From: an uncultured Desulfarculus sp.
GTDB lineage: Bacteria; Desulfobacterota; Desulfarculia; Desulfarculales; Desulfarculaceae
Assembly (NCBI GenBank): GCA_963665125.2
Contig: CAXXUK010000002.1
Location: 704,001 to 768,000 of the forward strand
DNA length: 64,000 nucleotides
Direction: 5' to 3'
Below the pieces are notes generated by a model that was not told the origin of the DNA, searched no databases, and saw nothing but the letters and a program-made list of their open reading frames with translations. Both the position numbers and the translations under genes were made by a program. Shown piece by piece: positions 36,658 to 46,361 of this stretch. How positions within the stretch are numbered: the first letter of the stretch is position 1; every line of letters starts with the position of its first letter.

Positions 36658-37580
36658 GACTCCTTTGGGTTAGGTTTATCAAATGGCGTTGCATGATCCG
36701 CGACCGCGCCGGCAAGCCTGGGGGCCGGGGGCAGGTCGTTTTTGTAGACCACGGTGCGGTACGGAAACGGTATTTCCACGCCCGTGGCGTCAAAGCGTTT
36801 CTTGACGCTTTCCAAAAGCCAGTATTTGGCCGCCCATGAGCCGTCCATGTCGCTGGTCCAGATATAGAGGCGCAGCACAATGGAAGACTCGGCCCAATCC
36901 ACAACCTTGACCCAGGGTTCCTGGGATTCGGGCATGCGGTGGGGGCATTTCATGGCCTCGTCCATCATCAGCTTTTTGGCCAAGTCTATATCTGTATCGT
37001 AACTGACTCCCATCTCAACCGTGCATAGAATTCTCGGATCGATGATGGTCAGGTTGGTAATGGTCATCTGGTCGATTTGCTCGTTGGGGATGATCAGCCG
37101 TTTGTTTTGCCATGTCATTACGATGGTGTGGCGCAGGGTTATGTCCTCCACCGTGCAATACTGTTCGTCGAGCATCAGCTTGTCGCCGATTCTGAAAGGT
37201 CGGTAAAAGGCGATGGCGATTCCCGATACGAAATTGGCCAATGTGGGTTTGGCCGCGAAGCCGATCACCAGCGCCGTGATACCCGCGCCGGCGATCAGGG
37301 TTGTCACCAGGGTGCGCAACTGCGGGATGAGGCTAATGTATATGAAAACCGCCACCAGGATCAGCAGCAGGGTTTTCATGTGCACCAGATAGCGCACCAT
37401 GGTTTCGTCTAAGCGGCGCTTGAGGTGGCCCTTGGCCCATTTGGGTTCTTCCTCAATCAGCTTGGTCAACGCCTTGTTTACTATGGCCGTGGCTATGGCG
37501 ACGATTATGGCAAGAAAGACCGCGCCTTCGGTGGTGCCGAAATTCAGCAGATTGGACCAGTTGATGAAATTAAGATTCAT
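36654..37580 (-). CDS. mscS: Small-conductance mechanosensitive channel
   Basis: IGFAAKPTLANFVSG, PFRIGD, IIPN, GVSYDTDID, GVEIPFP. Confidence 0.9.
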   Translation of the reverse strand: MNLNFINWSNLLNFGTTEGAVFLAIIVAIATAIVNKALTKLIEEEPKWAKGHLKRRLDETMVRYLVHMKTLLLILVAVFIYISLIPQLRTLVTTLIAGAGITALVIGFAAKPTLANFVSGIAIAFYRPFRIGDKLMLDEQYCTVEDITLRHTIVMTWQNKRLIIPNEQIDQMTITNLTIIDPRILCTVEMGVSYDTDIDLAKKLMMDEAMKCPHRMPESQEPWVKVVDWAESSIVLRLYIWTSDMDGSWAAKYWLLESVKKRFDATGVEIPFPYRTVVYKNDLPPAPRLAGAVADHATPFDKPNPKES

Positions 37581-37592
37581 ACGCGAACTGTC

Positions 37593-38657
37593 CTATAACC
37601 ACTTTTTCTTTTTGAAAAAGATCAACAGCCCCAGCGCCACTCCGCCCATGGCCGCAAGGGCCACCGGATAGGCGTAGGGCAGGTCAAGTTCGGGCATGTA
37701 TTTGAAATTCATGCCGTAAAGACCGGCGATGAATGTCAGCGGTATGAATATCGAGGCGATTACCGTGAGCACGCGCATTACTTCGTTGGTGCGGTAGCCC
37801 ATGACGCTCAGGTGCAGTTCCACCAACCCGGAGACCTGCTCGCGTATGGAGTCGGCCAACTCGACGACCTGGGTGGTGTGGTCGTAAAGATCGCGCAGGA
37901 ACGGTTCCACGGCCGGACTGAACAGGCCGCTTTCGTCGCGTTCCAGATGAGCGGTCACTTCCCGCAGGGGCCATAACAGCCTGTGCAGGCGGCCGGCCTG
38001 GTTTTTGATTTCGTAGAGGGTGTTGGGCGACACACCGGCAGGATTGCGGAGCACTTGTTGCTCGATGGGCTCGGCGACCGCGATAAGGTCGGCCATGGTG
38101 ATGAAGTAGCTGTCCACAATGGAATCCAGCACGGCGTAGGTCAGGTAATCGATACCATGGGTCGGCAGGCGGCCCCGGCCCTGCCGCAGCCGGTCCATGA
38201 CCCCGTCCAGTTGCCTGCTGGGTCGCTCCTCAAAGGTGATCAGCCAGTCCGTTCCCATGACGATGCTGACGTGGTTGGTGTTGATCCTTATGCTTTTTTC
38301 ATCGAAATCCAGCAACCGGATCACCATGAACAGGTAATCGTCAAATTCCTCGGTTTTGGGCCGGTGGGCCGTGTTTGTTACGTCTTCCAGCAGCAACTGG
38401 TGCAGACTGAATATTTCGCCGGCTTTTTTGATCGCATCCAGTGAAGCGAGGCCCGTCATGCGAATCCACAGGCGCCGTCCGTCTTTGAGGGGGGCGCTCA
38501 GGTTGGCGGCCGGGATGTTTTCCTGCAAAATAAAATCGTCTTTGTCGTAGACCGCCATGTCTATGGAGGTTTCCAGCTGGTCGTCAGGAGGTGGAGTGAG
38601 GGTGCCCGGCGGCAGGGCGGCCCTGGCGGAGAGCTTTTTCAGGAGATTGAATTGCAT
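37593..38657 (-). CDS. corA: Magnesium/cobalt transporter CorA
   Basis: NEVMRVLTVIASIFIPLTFIAGLYGMNFKYMPEL (GMN motif). Confidence 0.95.
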   Translation of the reverse strand: MQFNLLKKLSARAALPPGTLTPPPDDQLETSIDMAVYDKDDFILQENIPAANLSAPLKDGRRLWIRMTGLASLDAIKKAGEIFSLHQLLLEDVTNTAHRPKTEEFDDYLFMVIRLLDFDEKSIRINTNHVSIVMGTDWLITFEERPSRQLDGVMDRLRQGRGRLPTHGIDYLTYAVLDSIVDSYFITMADLIAVAEPIEQQVLRNPAGVSPNTLYEIKNQAGRLHRLLWPLREVTAHLERDESGLFSPAVEPFLRDLYDHTTQVVELADSIREQVSGLVELHLSVMGYRTNEVMRVLTVIASIFIPLTFIAGLYGMNFKYMPELDLPYAYPVALAAMGGVALGLLIFFKKKKWL

Positions 38658-38750
38658 TACAACGCACTCCTGCGAAATGCCCCGGCCCTTGGCGGCCGAA
38701 GCGCAAATAGAGTTTTTGGGGCTCCGTGATCGGGAGACCCGGTGAGGTGC

Positions 38751-40244
38751 CTATGGCATGGGCGCGCTTGTTAAAAGGAACTTGAGGTCATCGTCGCTGA
38801 AGAAGAAACCGCCGCCCAGGAAGGCCGTGCCCTGTCCGTAGTCGTTGAACACATCGTCATAACCGGCGGTGACGTAGAAATACTTCAGGAACTTGTAGTC
38901 GGCCCGCAGCTTGAGGTGCGGTTTTTCATCCGTGCGGAAGTCATACAACTCGGCGCTGACTCGGAGGTCGTCTTCGAACAGCAGGTAATCGACGCCGAAG
39001 CCGCCTTTTGACTCGAACAGGCCCGCCCTGACGATCAGATCGTAAAATCTTTTGCCGATCTGGGCGTTGAAGGTCATGTCGTCCTTGTCAATGGTGATCT
39101 GGCGTACGGTCCTGGTGCTTTCAACACCGTCTATGTTGGTTTTGGTATGGGTAATGGTCTCGCGGCGTTTGCCCACGGGGTTGTCGACAAAGCCCACCAG
39201 GTAGAACTTGTCCACCCTGGGCTGGAAGATGACGTTGAGCTCGCTGCGAAGGGCCTCCTGCTGGAACATGTATTCACCGCGGTAGTCCACCATCAGGTGC
39301 CAGGCGTCGGCCCTGCCGATGTAGTCGTTGATTCCGGTCAGAGCTTCGTCGATCTTGTCGATGGTGGTGTCGTCGTTGACCAGACGGCCGATGGTGCCCT
39401 TGCCTTCATTGATCTTCTGGGACACCTCGTTAAGTGAGGAAATGGCCTCGTTAAGCTCCTTGATAGTCTGGTCGTTGTTGACCAGTTGACCTATGGAACC
39501 CTTGCCCTGGTCGATTTTGGCCAGCACGGAATTGAGGCTGACCATGGTTTGTTCCATCTTGTCGCTGGCGGTGGCGAAGTTCTGGATGGTCTTGGTCAGG
39601 GCGTCCTTGTTTTCGGAGCTTATCGAACTCAAATCGCCGGTGAAGCGGTCCAGATTGGCGATGATCTGGTCCAGGCGCTGCTGGTTGTCGGCCACCACGA
39701 CCTTGAGCGAGGCCGAGATATCGTTGATGTTGGCCAGGGCCTCCTTGATGTTTTGCTGGCTCTCCGGCGAGGCCAGGCTGACCTTGAGCGAGGCGGTGAT
39801 GGATTTGATGTCGTCGGCCACCTGGCCGATGCTCGACATGACCTGGTCCAGGTCCGTGGGCACCTTGGCCACCACCAGGCGCTGGCCGTCTTGCAACAGC
39901 GGCGCGCCGGGAGAGCCTCCCTCGATGCTCATGTATTTGTCGCCCAGGACGCCGCGGGTGCGGATGTAGGCCGCCACGTTGGCGGGAAGGGGGACGTCCT
40001 CTCGGATGCGCATGCTGATCTTGGCCCGGCCTTCAAAGAGGCTGATGCTCTCCACCCGGCCGATCTGGATGCCGGCCATTTCCACAGGGGCGTCCTTGCG
40101 CAGGCCCGCGGCGGAGTCGAAGATAGACCATATCTGGTAACCGGGCGGCTCGCCAAACTGGAAGCTGCCCAGCCGTATGGTCATGTAGCCGAGCAGGGCG
40201 ACGGCCACCACAACAAAGATGCCGACTTTTACTTCAGTGGACAT
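38751..40244 (-). CDS. mlaD: MlaD/MCE family protein with helical extension
   Basis: EVKVGIFV, AGLRKDAPVEMAGIQIGRV, GVLGDKY; follows mlaEF. Confidence 0.88.
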   Translation of the reverse strand: MSTEVKVGIFVVVAVALLGYMTIRLGSFQFGEPPGYQIWSIFDSAAGLRKDAPVEMAGIQIGRVESISLFEGRAKISMRIREDVPLPANVAAYIRTRGVLGDKYMSIEGGSPGAPLLQDGQRLVVAKVPTDLDQVMSSIGQVADDIKSITASLKVSLASPESQQNIKEALANINDISASLKVVVADNQQRLDQIIANLDRFTGDLSSISSENKDALTKTIQNFATASDKMEQTMVSLNSVLAKIDQGKGSIGQLVNNDQTIKELNEAISSLNEVSQKINEGKGTIGRLVNDDTTIDKIDEALTGINDYIGRADAWHLMVDYRGEYMFQQEALRSELNVIFQPRVDKFYLVGFVDNPVGKRRETITHTKTNIDGVESTRTVRQITIDKDDMTFNAQIGKRFYDLIVRAGLFESKGGFGVDYLLFEDDLRVSAELYDFRTDEKPHLKLRADYKFLKYFYVTAGYDDVFNDYGQGTAFLGGGFFFSDDDLKFLLTSAPMP

Positions 40245-40308
40245 AAGAGGTTTTGCCTCCCAAAAAGCCTAGAGACTATTAAAGCACAGTAATAGTCCCC
40301 AAGGCCAA

Positions 40309-41073
40309 TTACAACACATGTATGGGGCCTTCGGCCCTGCCGGTCAGGAACTGCTGCACAACGGGATCGTCGCAATTGCGGATCTCGTCCGGAGTGCCAC
40401 CGGCGATTATCTTACCTTCATAAAGCATGCTGATCTTGTGCGCTATTTTAAATGCCCCCTCGATGTCATGGCTGATGACCACCGAGGTGATGCCCAGGCG
40501 CTCTTGGGTGTCGGCGATGAGCCGGTTTATGGCGTCGGTCATCAGCGGGTCCAGGCCGGTGGTGGGCTCGTCGTAGAGGATGATCTCCGGCTCCAGGGCG
40601 ATGGCCCGGGCCAGGCCCACCCGCTTGCGCATGCCGCCGCTGAGCTCCGAGGGGATCTTTTTTTCCACGCCGGGCAGGCCCACCTGGGCCAGCTTTTCGG
40701 CCACGATGTCGGCGATCTCCGCCCGGGAGAGCTTGGTGTGTTCCCGCAGGGGAAAGGCCACGTTTTCAAACACGTTCATGGAGTCGAAAAGGGCCGCGTC
40801 CTGGAACAGCATGCCAAAGCGCCGCCGGGCCTTGTTCAATTGGCGGTCGTCCATTTGGCTGATGTCGTCTCCGGCCACGATGACCTGGCCGCTGTCGGGC
40901 TTTATCAGGCCGATCATATGCTTGAGGATGACGCTCTTGCCGCCGCCCGAGCGCCCGATGATCACGGTGGTGCAGCCCTTGGGCACATCCAGGTTCACCC
41001 CCCGCAGCACATGCTGGGTGCGGAAGCTTTTGTTTATATCCTTAAGCTGGATTATGGGTTGGCTAGCCGTCAC
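40309..41073 (-). CDS. mlaF: MlaF-type ABC ATPase
   Basis: GRSGGGKS, LFQDAALFDS, ELSGGMRKRVGLARA, YDEPTTGLDP. Confidence 0.92.
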   Translation of the reverse strand: MTASQPIIQLKDINKSFRTQHVLRGVNLDVPKGCTTVIIGRSGGGKSVILKHMIGLIKPDSGQVIVAGDDISQMDDRQLNKARRRFGMLFQDAALFDSMNVFENVAFPLREHTKLSRAEIADIVAEKLAQVGLPGVEKKIPSELSGGMRKRVGLARAIALEPEIILYDEPTTGLDPLMTDAINRLIADTQERLGITSVVISHDIEGAFKIAHKISMLYEGKIIAGGTPDEIRNCDDPVVQQFLTGRAEGPIHVL

Positions 41074-41081
41074 CGCATACC

Positions 41082-41855
41082 TCAGAACATTATCGCCGTA
41101 AGCACGTAGTCGGCGGCCAGGATCATCACGCTGGCCATGACCACGGCTTGGGTAGTTGCGCGGCCCACGCCCTCGGCGCCGCCGTAAGTGTAAAAGCCCT
41201 TGTAACAGCCGACGATGGACAGGATCAACCCGAAGACCCCGGCCTTGATCAGACCCATGCCGATATCGTTGAATTCCAGATACTCGAGGATCTTGGCCGT
41301 GAAGATTCCTTCGTCGATGCCCAGGATGCCCACGCCGACGATGTAGCTGCCCACAATGCCCACGAAATCCGCCACCACGGTTAGGATCGGCAGCATGATT
41401 ACGGCGGCGATGACCCTGGGCAGGATCAGATACTGGATCGGGTTGACGGCCATGACGTACATGGCGTCGATCTGCTCGGTCACCCGCATGGTGCCCAACT
41501 CGGCGGCCATGGCGCTGCCGGCCCGGCCCGTGACCATAAGCGAGGTCAACACCGGGCCCAGCTCACGGGTGAGGGCCAGGGCCACGGTGGAGCCCACCAG
41601 GCTCTCGGCGCCGAAAAGCGAAAAACCGTGATAGCTCTGCAGGGCGAACACGCCGCCGGTAAAGGCGCCGGTGAGCACCACGACGTTGATGCTTTTGTTG
41701 CCCACGAACTCCATTTGCTTGAAAAGCAGCCGGGGCCGCCAAGGGGGGCGGATGAGCCAGAGCAGGGCCTGGAACAAAAGCAGAATTATTTCACCGGCTT
41801 CGCTCAGGCTACTCATGGTTTTTCTGCCGATGATTTCAAATGGGCGAGTAAGCAC
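41082..41855 (-). CDS. mlaE: MlaE-type permease
   Basis: RELGPVLT..GRAGSAMAAELGTMRVTEQIDA, GAEGVGRATT. Confidence 0.93.
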   Translation of the reverse strand: MLTRPFEIIGRKTMSSLSEAGEIILLLFQALLWLIRPPWRPRLLFKQMEFVGNKSINVVVLTGAFTGGVFALQSYHGFSLFGAESLVGSTVALALTRELGPVLTSLMVTGRAGSAMAAELGTMRVTEQIDAMYVMAVNPIQYLILPRVIAAVIMLPILTVVADFVGIVGSYIVGVGILGIDEGIFTAKILEYLEFNDIGMGLIKAGVFGLILSIVGCYKGFYTYGGAEGVGRATTQAVVMASVMILAADYVLTAIMF

Positions 41856-42028
41856 GCAAGCTCCCTGAGCAATTGTTTATGCAGCCGTATGCCGCGGGCC
41901 CGCATAATGGCCGTGAACAGACTTCGTCAGCTCACTATAATTTTCAGCGGGCCTCAGGTCAAGAAAGCCTGCAAGTAATTTTAATTACATTATTGACGCA
42001 TTAGAGGGTGGTTGTTAACTTTGGCAAA

Positions 42029-42120
42029 AGCCGGGGGGTGTCCGGCATGGACTGAGAGCGCCTATTAGCGCGGCGCGACCCCTAGAACCTGATCCGGGTA
42101 ATACCGGCGTAGGGAACGGC
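42029..42120 (+). promoter_or_regulatory. TPP riboswitch
   Basis: GGGGTG..CTGAGA..ACCC..GAACCTGATCCGGGTAATACCGGCGTAGGGAA upstream of thiD-thiC. Confidence 0.95.
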
Positions 42121-42198
42121 CGCCATGCAACGACATTGCCAAGTCATTTTGTTATGGGGCCGCCCGGGCGGTTCCATTTTTTATTTTGGGGAGGGCCG

Positions 42199-43107
42199 AT
42201 GCCCAGGGTGCGGGTGCTGATCATAGCCGGCAGCGACAGCGGCGGCGGAGCGGGAATCCAGGCCGACATCAAGGCCGTGACCGTCTTGGGCGGCCACGCC
42301 ATGACGGCCATCACCGCCCTGACGGCCCAGAACAGCACCGGCGTACAAGGCATCCACGCCGTGCCCCTGGATTTCGTGGAGGCCCAGTTCAGGGCCGTGA
42401 CCGGCGACATCGGCGTGGACGCGGTAAAGACCGGCATGCTGCACTCGGCCGAGTTGGTGAACCTGGTGGCCGATCTGCTGGCCGATGTGGACGCGCCGGT
42501 GGTGGTGGACCCGGTGATGGTGGCCAAGGGCGGCGACAGGCTGCTGGCCTCCGAGGCGGTGGAGGCCGTGCGCGGCCGTCTGCTGCCTTTGGCGGCTCTG
42601 GTCACGCCCAATCTCGACGAGGCCGAGGAACTGCTGGGCCGGCCGATCCGCGACAGGGCGGCCATGGAAGAGGCGGCCCGGGAGCTGGTGGGCCTGGGCG
42701 CGGCGGCGGCCCTGGTCAAGGGCGGCCATCTGGAGGGCGACCCCGGCGACTTGCTCTTTGACGGCATTGAGGCGCATTTTTTCAGCGCCCCGCGCATCGA
42801 CACAATCCACACCCACGGCACGGGCTGCACCCTGGCCTCGTCCCTGGCCACGCTCATGGCCCAGGGGCTGAGCCTGGCCGAGGCCGTAGAACGTGCCCGT
42901 CAACTGATCCGCAGGGGCATCAGCGGCTCCGAGCCCCTGGGCAAAGGCCACGGCCCGGTGGTGGCCGTGGCCGACCTGGAAGCCCGGCTGACCCTGGACG
43001 CCTTGACCAAAGAAACACTTGCCATCCTGGATGGCGATAACGATATCTCAAAAATTGCTCCCGAGCGCCTGGCGGCCGCCCTCAAAGCGGCTGGAGAGGA
43101 AAGCTGA
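42199..43107 (+). CDS. thiD: Hydroxymethylpyrimidine/phosphomethylpyrimidine kinase
   Basis: IAGSDSGGGAGIQAD, VKTGML, VDPVMVAKGG, TPNLDEA, KGGH, THGTGCT. Confidence 0.95.
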   Translation: MPRVRVLIIAGSDSGGGAGIQADIKAVTVLGGHAMTAITALTAQNSTGVQGIHAVPLDFVEAQFRAVTGDIGVDAVKTGMLHSAELVNLVADLLADVDAPVVVDPVMVAKGGDRLLASEAVEAVRGRLLPLAALVTPNLDEAEELLGRPIRDRAAMEEAARELVGLGAAAALVKGGHLEGDPGDLLFDGIEAHFFSAPRIDTIHTHGTGCTLASSLATLMAQGLSLAEAVERARQLIRRGISGSEPLGKGHGPVVAVADLEARLTLDALTKETLAILDGDNDISKIAPERLAAALKAAGEES

Positions 43108-43110
43108 AAA

Positions 43111-44418
43111 ATGATCGAAACCCAGATGACCGCGGCCCGCAAGGGCCAGATCACCGAGGCCATGGAGGCCGTGGCCGCCTACGAAGGCCTGGACGTCGAG
43201 ATAATCCGTGAGCGGGTTGCGGGAGGCACCATCGCCATTCCGGCCAACCCGGCCCATACCGTGCTGCAACCCAGGGGCGTGGGCGAGGGGCTTTCCGTCA
43301 AGGTCAACGCCAACATCGGCACCAGCCCGGACCGCGCCGACGCAGCCGAGGAAAAGGCCAAGCTCGACGCCGCCCTGGAGGCCGGGGCCGACGCGGTGAT
43401 GGATCTGAGCACCGGCGGCGACCTTGTGGCCATGCGCAAGCAGGTTTTGGCCAACTGCCCGGTGCCGGTGGGCACGGTGCCCATCTACCAGGCCGCCGTG
43501 GAGATTACCGCCCAGGACAAGGGCGTGGTGGATCTGACCGCCGACGATCTGTTCAGGGTCATCGAGCAGCAGGCTGAAGAAGGCGTGGACTTCATGACCG
43601 TGCACTGCGGGGTGAACATGCACGCACTGGAGCGCATGCGCTTCGAGGGCCGCATCACCGACGTGGTCAGCCGTGGCGGGGCCTTCCTGGCCTGCTGGAT
43701 ATTGAAAAACGAAAAGGAAAACCCGCTCTACGCCGAATACGACCGCCTGCTGGAGATCTGCCGCAAGCACGATGTCACGCTATCGCTGGGCGACGGAATG
43801 CGGCCCGGCTGCCTGGCCGACGCCACGGACCGGGCCCAGATCAGCGAACTGGTGACCCTGGGCGAACTGACCCAGCGGGCCTGGGACGCCGGGGTCCAGG
43901 TGATGATCGAGGGGCCGGGGCACGTGCCCCTGAACCAGGTCGTCACCAACATGCAGATCCAGAAGCGGCTGTGCCACAACGCGCCGTTCTACGTGCTGGG
44001 CCCCCTGGTCACCGACGTGGCCGCCGGCTGGGACCATGTGGCCTGCGCCATCGGCGGGGCCCTGGCCGCCACCAGCGGAGCCGACTTCCTTTGCTATGTC
44101 ACGCCCACTGAACACCTGGCATTGCCAGGCCCCAATGATGTATATGAAGGTGTGATCACCACGCGTATCGCCGCCCACGCCGCCGACGTGGCCAAGGGAC
44201 GGCCCCAGAGCGTGGAGCGCGACCGCAAGATGGCCGTGGCCCGGGCGGCCATGGACTGGGACACCATGATGAGCCTGTGCCTGGACCCCAAAACGGCCAG
44301 GGCCATGCGCGAAAACTCGGTGCCCCAGGAGGACGAGGTCTGCACAATGTGCGGCAAGTTCTGCGCGGTGCGCCTGATGCGCGACTACCTGCATCCGGAG
44401 CGTAAAAAGAAAGGCTGA
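43111..44418 (+). CDS. thiC: Phosphomethylpyrimidine synthase
   Basis: KVNANIGTS, MDLSTGG, GTVPIYQA, EGPGHVP, YVTPTEHL, CTMCGKFC. Confidence 0.97.
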   Translation: MIETQMTAARKGQITEAMEAVAAYEGLDVEIIRERVAGGTIAIPANPAHTVLQPRGVGEGLSVKVNANIGTSPDRADAAEEKAKLDAALEAGADAVMDLSTGGDLVAMRKQVLANCPVPVGTVPIYQAAVEITAQDKGVVDLTADDLFRVIEQQAEEGVDFMTVHCGVNMHALERMRFEGRITDVVSRGGAFLACWILKNEKENPLYAEYDRLLEICRKHDVTLSLGDGMRPGCLADATDRAQISELVTLGELTQRAWDAGVQVMIEGPGHVPLNQVVTNMQIQKRLCHNAPFYVLGPLVTDVAAGWDHVACAIGGALAATSGADFLCYVTPTEHLALPGPNDVYEGVITTRIAAHAADVAKGRPQSVERDRKMAVARAAMDWDTMMSLCLDPKTARAMRENSVPQEDEVCTMCGKFCAVRLMRDYLHPERKKKG

Positions 44419-45230
44419 TGATGGGCCTTATCGTCTTCACGGACCTGGACGGAACCCTGCTGGACCATGATGATTATTCATGGAAGGCGGCGGCTCCGGC
44501 CCTGGACGCCCTAAAGGCCGCCGGGGTGCCCCTTGTCTTGTGCAGCTCCAAGACCAGGGCCGAGATGACCCGGCTTCATACCGAACTGGGCCTGGACGGG
44601 CCCCTGGTGGTGGAAAACGGCGGCGGCATATTCGCCCCCACGGGTTATTACCGGGCTGCCGGAGCCAAGTGGTATGACGCGGGCGGCGGCTGGCGGGGGT
44701 TGGCCCTGGGCATGGGCATAGCCAACGTGCGTGGCCGTTTGGCCGTGTTCGGGCCGCGCTTCGGGGCCAGGGGTTTCGGCGATATGAGCGCCGCCGAAAT
44801 CGCCGGGCTCACCGGCCTCGGCGAAGACAAGGCCGCCCTGGCCAAGCTGCGTGAATTCAACGAGCCGGTGGTCTTGCCCCGGCCGGACGAACAGGCACAT
44901 GACTTTGCCATGGCCGGAGCGGCCCAGGGGTTGCTGATCACCCGGGGCGGCCGGTTTTTTCACGTGCTTGGCGGCGGCGACAAGGGCGCGGCGGTGAAGA
45001 TGATCAGCCAATGGTACGCCGACAATGACCCCGCCCTGAAGACCATGGCCCTGGGAGACGCCCTCAACGACGCCACCATGCTCAAGGCCGTGGACAGGGC
45101 CGTGCTGGTGGCCCGCCATGACGGCACCCACGCCCCGGTGGATATGCCGGGGCTGATCAAGGAACAATATCCCGGCCCCAAGGGCTGGAACAAGGCCGTG
45201 CTGGAGGTCCTGACCGAGGTTGGGCCGTGA
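44418..45230 (+). CDS. HAD-IIB phosphatase, mannosyl-3-phosphoglycerate phosphatase family
   Basis: FTDLDGTLLD, CSSKTRAE, ENGGGI, REFNEP, GGRFFH, LGDALND. Confidence 0.85.
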   Translation: MMGLIVFTDLDGTLLDHDDYSWKAAAPALDALKAAGVPLVLCSSKTRAEMTRLHTELGLDGPLVVENGGGIFAPTGYYRAAGAKWYDAGGGWRGLALGMGIANVRGRLAVFGPRFGARGFGDMSAAEIAGLTGLGEDKAALAKLREFNEPVVLPRPDEQAHDFAMAGAAQGLLITRGGRFFHVLGGGDKGAAVKMISQWYADNDPALKTMALGDALNDATMLKAVDRAVLVARHDGTHAPVDMPGLIKEQYPGPKGWNKAVLEVLTEVGP

Positions 45231-46225
45231 GCAACCCTGCGGCAAACGTCCTGCGCCTGTTGCTGGAGGCAGAGGCCCCCCGCTCGGGCGAGGAAATGGG
45301 CGGTCTGCTGGGTTGCAGCCGGGCCGCCGTGGGCAAGGCAGTGGCCGCGTTGCGGGACCAGGGCTTTGTCATCGAGGCCCGCTCCCGGGCAGGCTACAGC
45401 CTGGTCTCCGAGCCCCAAGGCCTCAACGCCGCCAGGGTGGAGGCCCGTCTTCCGCTGGGTTGCCTGGGCAGCCCCCTTGTCTATCTGGCCGAGACCGATT
45501 CCACCAACCTGGAGGCCCGACGCCGGGCCGAGGCCGGAGCCGTGCACGGCACCTGCGTCACCGCCGAATTCCAGACCGCCGGGCGGGGCCGCCTGGACCG
45601 GGCCTGGAGCGCGCCCAAAGGCTCCAGCCTGATGTTTTCGCTGCTATTGCGGCCCAGGCTGAGCCTGGACAAGGTCTTCGTGCTCAATAATATTATCAGC
45701 CTGGCCATCTGCCGGGCCGTGGAGCAACACTGCGGGGTGCGGCCCATGGTCAAATGGCCTAATGATGTTTTTCTGGACGGCCGCAAGCTGGTGGGCGTGC
45801 TCACCGAATTCACCAGCCGGGGCGAGATGCTCGACCACGTGGTGGTGGGCGCGGGCGTGAACGTAAACTGGAGCGCCGCTGACCTGGCTAGGCTGGAAAA
45901 GCCGGCCGCCTCGATCACGGCCGCCACGGGCAAACAGTGGGACCGCGCGCCGCTTTTGGCCGCCATTCTCAGGCAGGCCGACGGTCTGTACGCCGAGCTG
46001 GAGGCGGGTAGGCTGGACAGCCTGCGCGACGAATACCAGCAGCGCAGCCTGCTCATGGGCAGGCGGGTGGAGGTGGACGACAGCGGCCGCAAGGTGGACG
46101 GCACGGTGATCGGCTTCGAGCCCGACGGCGCGCTGAGGCTGGGCACCGGGCCGGGCCGCAGCCGCGTCATCCGCCATGGCGATGTCAGCCTCAGTTCGGT
46201 GGAGGGCTTGGAGGGCCGCAGCTAG
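45227..46225 (+). CDS. birA: Bifunctional biotin ligase/repressor
   Basis: HTH SGEEMG..SRAAVGK; DSTN, QTAGRGRLDRAW, KWPNDV, KLVGVL. Confidence 0.93.
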   Translation: MSNPAANVLRLLLEAEAPRSGEEMGGLLGCSRAAVGKAVAALRDQGFVIEARSRAGYSLVSEPQGLNAARVEARLPLGCLGSPLVYLAETDSTNLEARRRAEAGAVHGTCVTAEFQTAGRGRLDRAWSAPKGSSLMFSLLLRPRLSLDKVFVLNNIISLAICRAVEQHCGVRPMVKWPNDVFLDGRKLVGVLTEFTSRGEMLDHVVVGAGVNVNWSAADLARLEKPAASITAATGKQWDRAPLLAAILRQADGLYAELEAGRLDSLRDEYQQRSLLMGRRVEVDDSGRKVDGTVIGFEPDGALRLGTGPGRSRVIRHGDVSLSSVEGLEGRS

Positions 46226-46361
46226 CCCGGCGGATAACAAGCAAGATAAATTATTTGCCCGGCCGAAAGCCGGGCTTTTAGTTTGTTGTGGCGCTGAAGC
46301 TTGGGCCTTGACGTGAGCCTGGCGCGCCTCCGGCGGAGACCGGAGGCGCTCGTCCTGGCGG

